Shown: piece by piece, positions 51,489-54,914 of the stretch | Layout: each line of letters opens with the position of its first letter | How positions within the stretch are numbered: position 1 is the first letter of the stretch | Source: Chloroflexota bacterium | GTDB taxonomy: Bacteria; Chloroflexota; Anaerolineae; J102 | Direction: 5' to 3' | Length of the DNA: 54,914 bases | Assembly (NCBI GenBank): GCA_024224665.1 | Contig: JAAENG010000424.1 | Location: forward strand, 1 to 54,914 | Notes under the pieces: model-generated | The model's input: the letters and a program-made list of their open reading frames with translations, nothing else | What the model was told of the DNA's origin: nothing | The model's database searches: none | Position numbers and translations under genes: made by a program

Positions 51489-51625
51489 AAATGATCGACA
51501 ACTTTTTGTCGATGTGTGTAACATGTTCAACCTTGTTTGCAACCGAACTCGCACCTGCGACCTGCTACTTGCTACTTGCCCCAGCGGGGCCTGATTTTCT
51601 CAGCGCAGTCTGGGAACAATCGCCA
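51489..51625. repeat. Inverted-repeat copy A (~137 bp) with an 8-4-8 palindrome, heptad repeats and a GC hairpin
   Basis: Roughly 90% identical by eye to the reverse complement of 52881-53024. The palindrome ATCGACAA-CTTT-TTGTCGAT lies at 51494-51513. Confidence 0.85.
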
Positions 51626-51630
51626 GACGC

Positions 51631-52134
51631 TTACTGAGTGGTTTCCATCTCTGACTCATTCATATCCATGTTTAGGCCTTCCATCGCTCGAACCTCCACT
51701 GTTAAGGTGCGATCTCCCGACTTTTCAAAGGAGAGTGCCAGTTTCAGGGTGGAACCGGGCTTAAGTGCATCTTTGAGGTCGATGAGCATGACGTGCAGGC
51801 CGGCCGGTTTGAGCTCAACCTGCCCTTTGGCCGGAATGACGATGCGCTGGCCTTCCACAGGGCGCATGCGCATGACGTCGTTTTCCATGGTCGTTTCATG
51901 TAGTTCTACGACGTTGCTGGCATCTGTGCTTGCACCTATGAGTGCGTCATCCTCATTGCCATTGTTTATCAGGATCATGTAGACAGCACCGTTGCCTTCC
52001 GCCATAGGTGATTGGCGGACCCAGGCCTCTTCGATGACGAGGTCAGGACCTTGGGAGCCGCCGGCACAACCACTGAGGGCGATTGCAGTGAACGCAAATA
52101 GAAATATCAGGACAAGCCGAAATTTGAAATTCAT
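51631..52134 (-). CDS. Copper chaperone PCu(A)C (DUF461)
   Basis: Lipobox (IALSGC). VYMILINNG and ELHETTMENDVMRMRPV fit the H/M copper-binding pattern of the family. Confidence 0.8.
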   Translation of the reverse strand: MNFKFRLVLIFLFAFTAIALSGCAGGSQGPDLVIEEAWVRQSPMAEGNGAVYMILINNGNEDDALIGASTDASNVVELHETTMENDVMRMRPVEGQRIVIPAKGQVELKPAGLHVMLIDLKDALKPGSTLKLALSFEKSGDRTLTVEVRAMEGLNMDMNESEMETTQ

Positions 52135-52210
52135 GGTGAATCAGTACCTTTGTTTGGAGTGGCAAGTAGCCGGCGATAAAGAGAATGCTTTGATATGAGG
52201 CTTTTATTCG

Positions 52211-52777
52211 TCAAGGTTCATCATGAGCCCGATGAATGTCCATGCTGGTACTTAAGTATGCCTGAGCCTGCGCCCTATCCATGACCTCACCCCCGAAACC
52301 ACGCTGGAAACGTTCAGCTTCATCCTGGAACTGGAAGCATAGCACTGACGGCGTACAGCACACCGTCAGTTCGGAATTCACAAGATAGGTGGCGGTCCGC
52401 ACATTGATCATTCGCCCATGCAAGAAATCCACAGTAAGCGCGGAAATGGCCTCGGGGCGCATCGTCAGCAGCATCAAGCCGCAGTGTGGACAACACGCCT
52501 GTATTTGTGAACCATCTTCACAGTTGAGGATAAAGGCCGTGCGACGGCGAACCCGCATGCTGCACATAGCGCAAGCGTCATCATCAACTCGTGGTGATGC
52601 CGTGGTGGTGGCGCCGCCATAGACTTTGCGGATTAGCCCTTCTTGAGCTAAACCCGTGAGGTCGCGATGGACGGTCATGCGCGAAACACCCAATTCCTGG
52701 CTCAAATCGTTGATCTGAACCCGACCTGTTTCCTGAGTCTTTTCGAGAATGTATTGCCGTCTTTCAGAGGCTAACAT
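52211..52777 (-). CDS. DeoR-type HTH regulator fused to a Cys-rich NosL-like (putative copper-binding) domain
   Basis: N-terminal RRQYILEKTQETGRVQINDLSQELGVSRMTVHRDL. C-terminal CAMCSM...ACCPHCGLM...VCCTPSVLCF...AERFQRGFGGEVM. Confidence 0.65.
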   Translation of the reverse strand: MLASERRQYILEKTQETGRVQINDLSQELGVSRMTVHRDLTGLAQEGLIRKVYGGATTTASPRVDDDACAMCSMRVRRRTAFILNCEDGSQIQACCPHCGLMLLTMRPEAISALTVDFLHGRMINVRTATYLVNSELTVCCTPSVLCFQFQDEAERFQRGFGGEVMDRAQAQAYLSTSMDIHRAHDEP

Positions 52778-52880
52778 AGGATAATAATTGTGACAAAAAT
52801 GTTACAGTCTGATTTGATTATTATAAAGTGTAACATGCCGTGCAGCGAAGGCCAAGGTTATCTTGTTCAGGCTAAGGGCA

Positions 52881-53024
52881 TAGCGATTATCCAGACTGCG
52901 CTGGGAAAATCAGGCCCCGCTGGGGCAGGTAGCAAGTAGCAGGTCGCAGGTGCGAGTGCGGTTGCAGACAAAAGTTGAACGTGCCACTTGCCACACACAT
53001 CGACAAAAAGTTGTCGATCATTGT
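52881..53024. repeat. Inverted-repeat copy B (~144 bp), partner of 51489-51625
   Basis: The palindrome ATCGACAA-AAAG-TTGTCGAT lies at 52999-53018. Heptads GGCAGGT AGCAAGT AGCAGGT CGCAGGT lie at about 52924-52951. Confidence 0.85.
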
Positions 53025-53185
53025 TCCTAAGCTGTGCTGACTCCATAGTTCCGGGTGGCTTGCCAGATTACCGCCAATGCCAAACCGGATCTGTGCTGAC
53101 ATCTCTGTAGTCAGGTATAATCACCAACTGATGGCCGTCATATCAAACTGAAAAATATCAGGACGTTCAGTCATAAGGAGAGGAT

Positions 53186-54013
53186 ATGAATTCTACAGAA
53201 CTTGCCTACCAGCCTCCACAGGCATTAGAACCGACGCCGCCAGGCAACGTGCGCGGTTCGCTACAACTCGCCTGGCAGGCGTTTCTGTTCAATCCGCGTG
53301 CCTATGTTACGGTCCTGGAGGCGAAGAAACCACTACGAAAGGGCTTTGTCACATTGCTGGTAATCATCCTCACCATCAGTATTGGCTATGCTCTGGGTCT
53401 GGCTCTGGATTTATTGGCAACACCTCGGTTCGATCTCCTGCAAGACGAAATACTCGGGCTCATCCAAGATACGACCTGGTTCAAGCAGACGGCGAGTGAA
53501 GCACCGGATTTCGGCCAGAGCTTCGAGCAAATTTACCTCTTGAGCTGGCAAGCGCTGCGTATTTTTGGAGAAATGCCCTCCTGGTTGGGTACAGGTGCAT
53601 CACTGATCGGTCTCATAATCTCAGCACTCTTAGGCTGGCTGGTGTATGGCCTCATTGCCTTCTTGTTCGCACGGTGGTTGGGTGGAGCCGCCGGGTTGAG
53701 CCAGTATCTCGGTGTCCTGGCCCTTTCATACGCACCTAAGTTGCTGGCAGTTGCCGGCGTCATTCCCGGCCTTACGGTCCCCGGTACACTTATATTGGGT
53801 TGGATGCTCGTTACAAAGTATCAGGCGACTCGCAGCGCCCACCGGCTCTCCTGGCAGCGAACGCTTGTCGTGATTTTTGGCGCCTATCTGGCCATCGCCT
53901 TGGTTTCATTTATTGGTTTTGTTCTATCGCTTACGTCCGCTCTTTTGCAGATTCCGGGGCTCGATTTCATCATCAAGCTGTTACAGGGAGGTAGCAATGC
54001 GTTCGGCGCTTAG
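53186..54013 (+). CDS. Yip1-like multi-pass membrane protein
   Basis: A soluble ~45-aa N-terminus is followed by 5 TM segments. The assignment rests on general architecture only. Confidence 0.45.
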   Translation: MNSTELAYQPPQALEPTPPGNVRGSLQLAWQAFLFNPRAYVTVLEAKKPLRKGFVTLLVIILTISIGYALGLALDLLATPRFDLLQDEILGLIQDTTWFKQTASEAPDFGQSFEQIYLLSWQALRIFGEMPSWLGTGASLIGLIISALLGWLVYGLIAFLFARWLGGAAGLSQYLGVLALSYAPKLLAVAGVIPGLTVPGTLILGWMLVTKYQATRSAHRLSWQRTLVVIFGAYLAIALVSFIGFVLSLTSALLQIPGLDFIIKLLQGGSNAFGA

Positions 54014-54752
54014 TACCTATTCACGCATCTTGCAATTGGATACCGACACATTTGTTACTATCAAGCACTTGGATGATCGCGTCTGGTTCGCACTTAGGTT
54101 TTTCGTGATCGTGACCCTGATCGGGGCACTGGGAAAGTGGGCACTCCTGGGTAGCCTTATGAACCAACCCACCTTACCGGAGATCGCTCATCAAGTAGCT
54201 GATATCAGCGATATGATCGCCGGCTATTTGCCGGAGTGGTTGGGATTTCTGGCCACATTTTTGCAGGATGTCGCCGATCTTGTGCTCGGAATCGAAACCA
54301 AGCTGGCCGCACTCGCCCCGCCCATCGGCACCCGATCCAGCCGGGTTGTCTTATTATTCGGCCAGTGGCTGAGTACGCCATTCAATTTGATGGCCTATTG
54401 GTTCGGCTATGCGCTCGTGCTGGCAGGTGTGGCCAGATGGTTTGGTGGCCGCGGATCACTAACACAGCATCTCAGCTTGGTGACGCTGGCGATAGCACCC
54501 TACATCTTAAGTATCGTCGGCAATATCGAGCCGACAAGCATAATCGCAAGTGTGGGGGTAGGCATTGCCGGCCGTGCCCTGGTTGTCATCGGGCTTGCCT
54601 GGAGTGCAGCGATCTTAGTAAGAGCAGTTGCGGTGGCGCATGAATTCACCATAGGACGATCCATCGCTGTACTGCTCATCGCTTTTATCCTGCTCTACGT
54701 ACTGTTACCACTAGCCCTTTCGCTAACGGCTGCCTTTGTTTTCTTTGGATGA
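53997..54752 (+). CDS. Yip1-like multi-pass membrane protein (paralog)
   Basis: ATG 53997 follows AGGGAGG and overlaps the previous stop. Architecture is similar to the preceding gene. The ORF opens further upstream at 53877. Confidence 0.45.
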   Translation: MRSALSTYSRILQLDTDTFVTIKHLDDRVWFALRFFVIVTLIGALGKWALLGSLMNQPTLPEIAHQVADISDMIAGYLPEWLGFLATFLQDVADLVLGIETKLAALAPPIGTRSSRVVLLFGQWLSTPFNLMAYWFGYALVLAGVARWFGGRGSLTQHLSLVTLAIAPYILSIVGNIEPTSIIASVGVGIAGRALVVIGLAWSAAILVRAVAVAHEFTIGRSIAVLLIAFILLYVLLPLALSLTAAFVFFG

Positions 54753-54914
54753 CCAGATTTCCATGCCTGGCCATGGCTGGAGCCGCGCGGTTTATCCCAC
54801 ATCTCACAGTTTTAGCGCTCGCGTAGCGATGTAGGTCGGCATATATTGGCCGACGATCGTGTCCCTTTCATAATCTTCCTGAAAACTCTGGAAAAGTCTA
54901 AAACGGCTGTTCGC

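Noticed and set aside
51489-53024. The inverted-repeat pair interpreted as termini of an IS element or composite transposon.
   Set aside because: There is no transposase or recombinase between or beside the repeats, and I could see no target-site duplication. The enclosed genes are functionally coherent with their neighbours. It is kept as a regulatory or repeat finding instead.

Overview
This 54.9-kb window reads as a bacterial chromosomal segment of about 53% GC. It is densely coded, mostly housekeeping, with accessory-looking insertions. My guess is a Chloroflexota-like organism, based on Pro/Thr-rich linkers, tandem signal peptidases and gene content; this is low confidence and no search was possible. 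All calls come from reading the six-frame translations and the DNA by eye.

Gene content in order:
- A decayed TrpD-like fragment and a RumA/RlmD-type rRNA methyltransferase.
- A LacI-controlled sugar locus: binding protein, two permeases and a GH13 sucrose-phosphorylase-family enzyme. An opposite-strand VapBC toxin-antitoxin pair interrupts it.
- rpsO-pnp, two tandem signal peptidase I genes, and an AI-2E-transporter/HAD-phosphatase fusion.
- A DUF2520-panB-panC operon, xerD and punA.
- A five-gene envelope operon: BNR/Asp-box propeller protein, HExxH peptidase, CPBP protease and two membrane proteins.
- dnaE, a glgC plus degenerate glgD-like pair, a small SEC-C-motif ORF, and a GT39-like glycosyltransferase.
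- A creatininase-family gene, a degenerate nucleotidyltransferase and a 1116-aa fusion protein.
- coaX, an EEP nuclease/phosphatase, SURF1 and a LysM protein.
- A copper-handling cluster: CcoG/NapH-like polyferredoxin, YtkA/FixH-like protein, PCu(A)C chaperone, a DeoR-HTH/Cys-rich regulator and two Yip1-like proteins.

Most notable observations:
1. A contiguous 425-aa intein carrying LAGLIDADG-like motifs is inserted in the conserved GFNK|SH motif of DnaE.
2. A 1116-aa fusion of a fucokinase-like GHMP domain and a UDPGP-type pyrophosphorylase domain is start/stop-overlapped with a GalU-like partner that appears catalytically degenerate.
3. A pair of about 140-bp inverted repeats brackets the PCu(A)C gene and the unusual DeoR/NosL-like regulator. 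Each copy carries an 8-4-8 palindrome and heptad repeats.

I recognised no rRNA, tRNA, CRISPR array or transposase.
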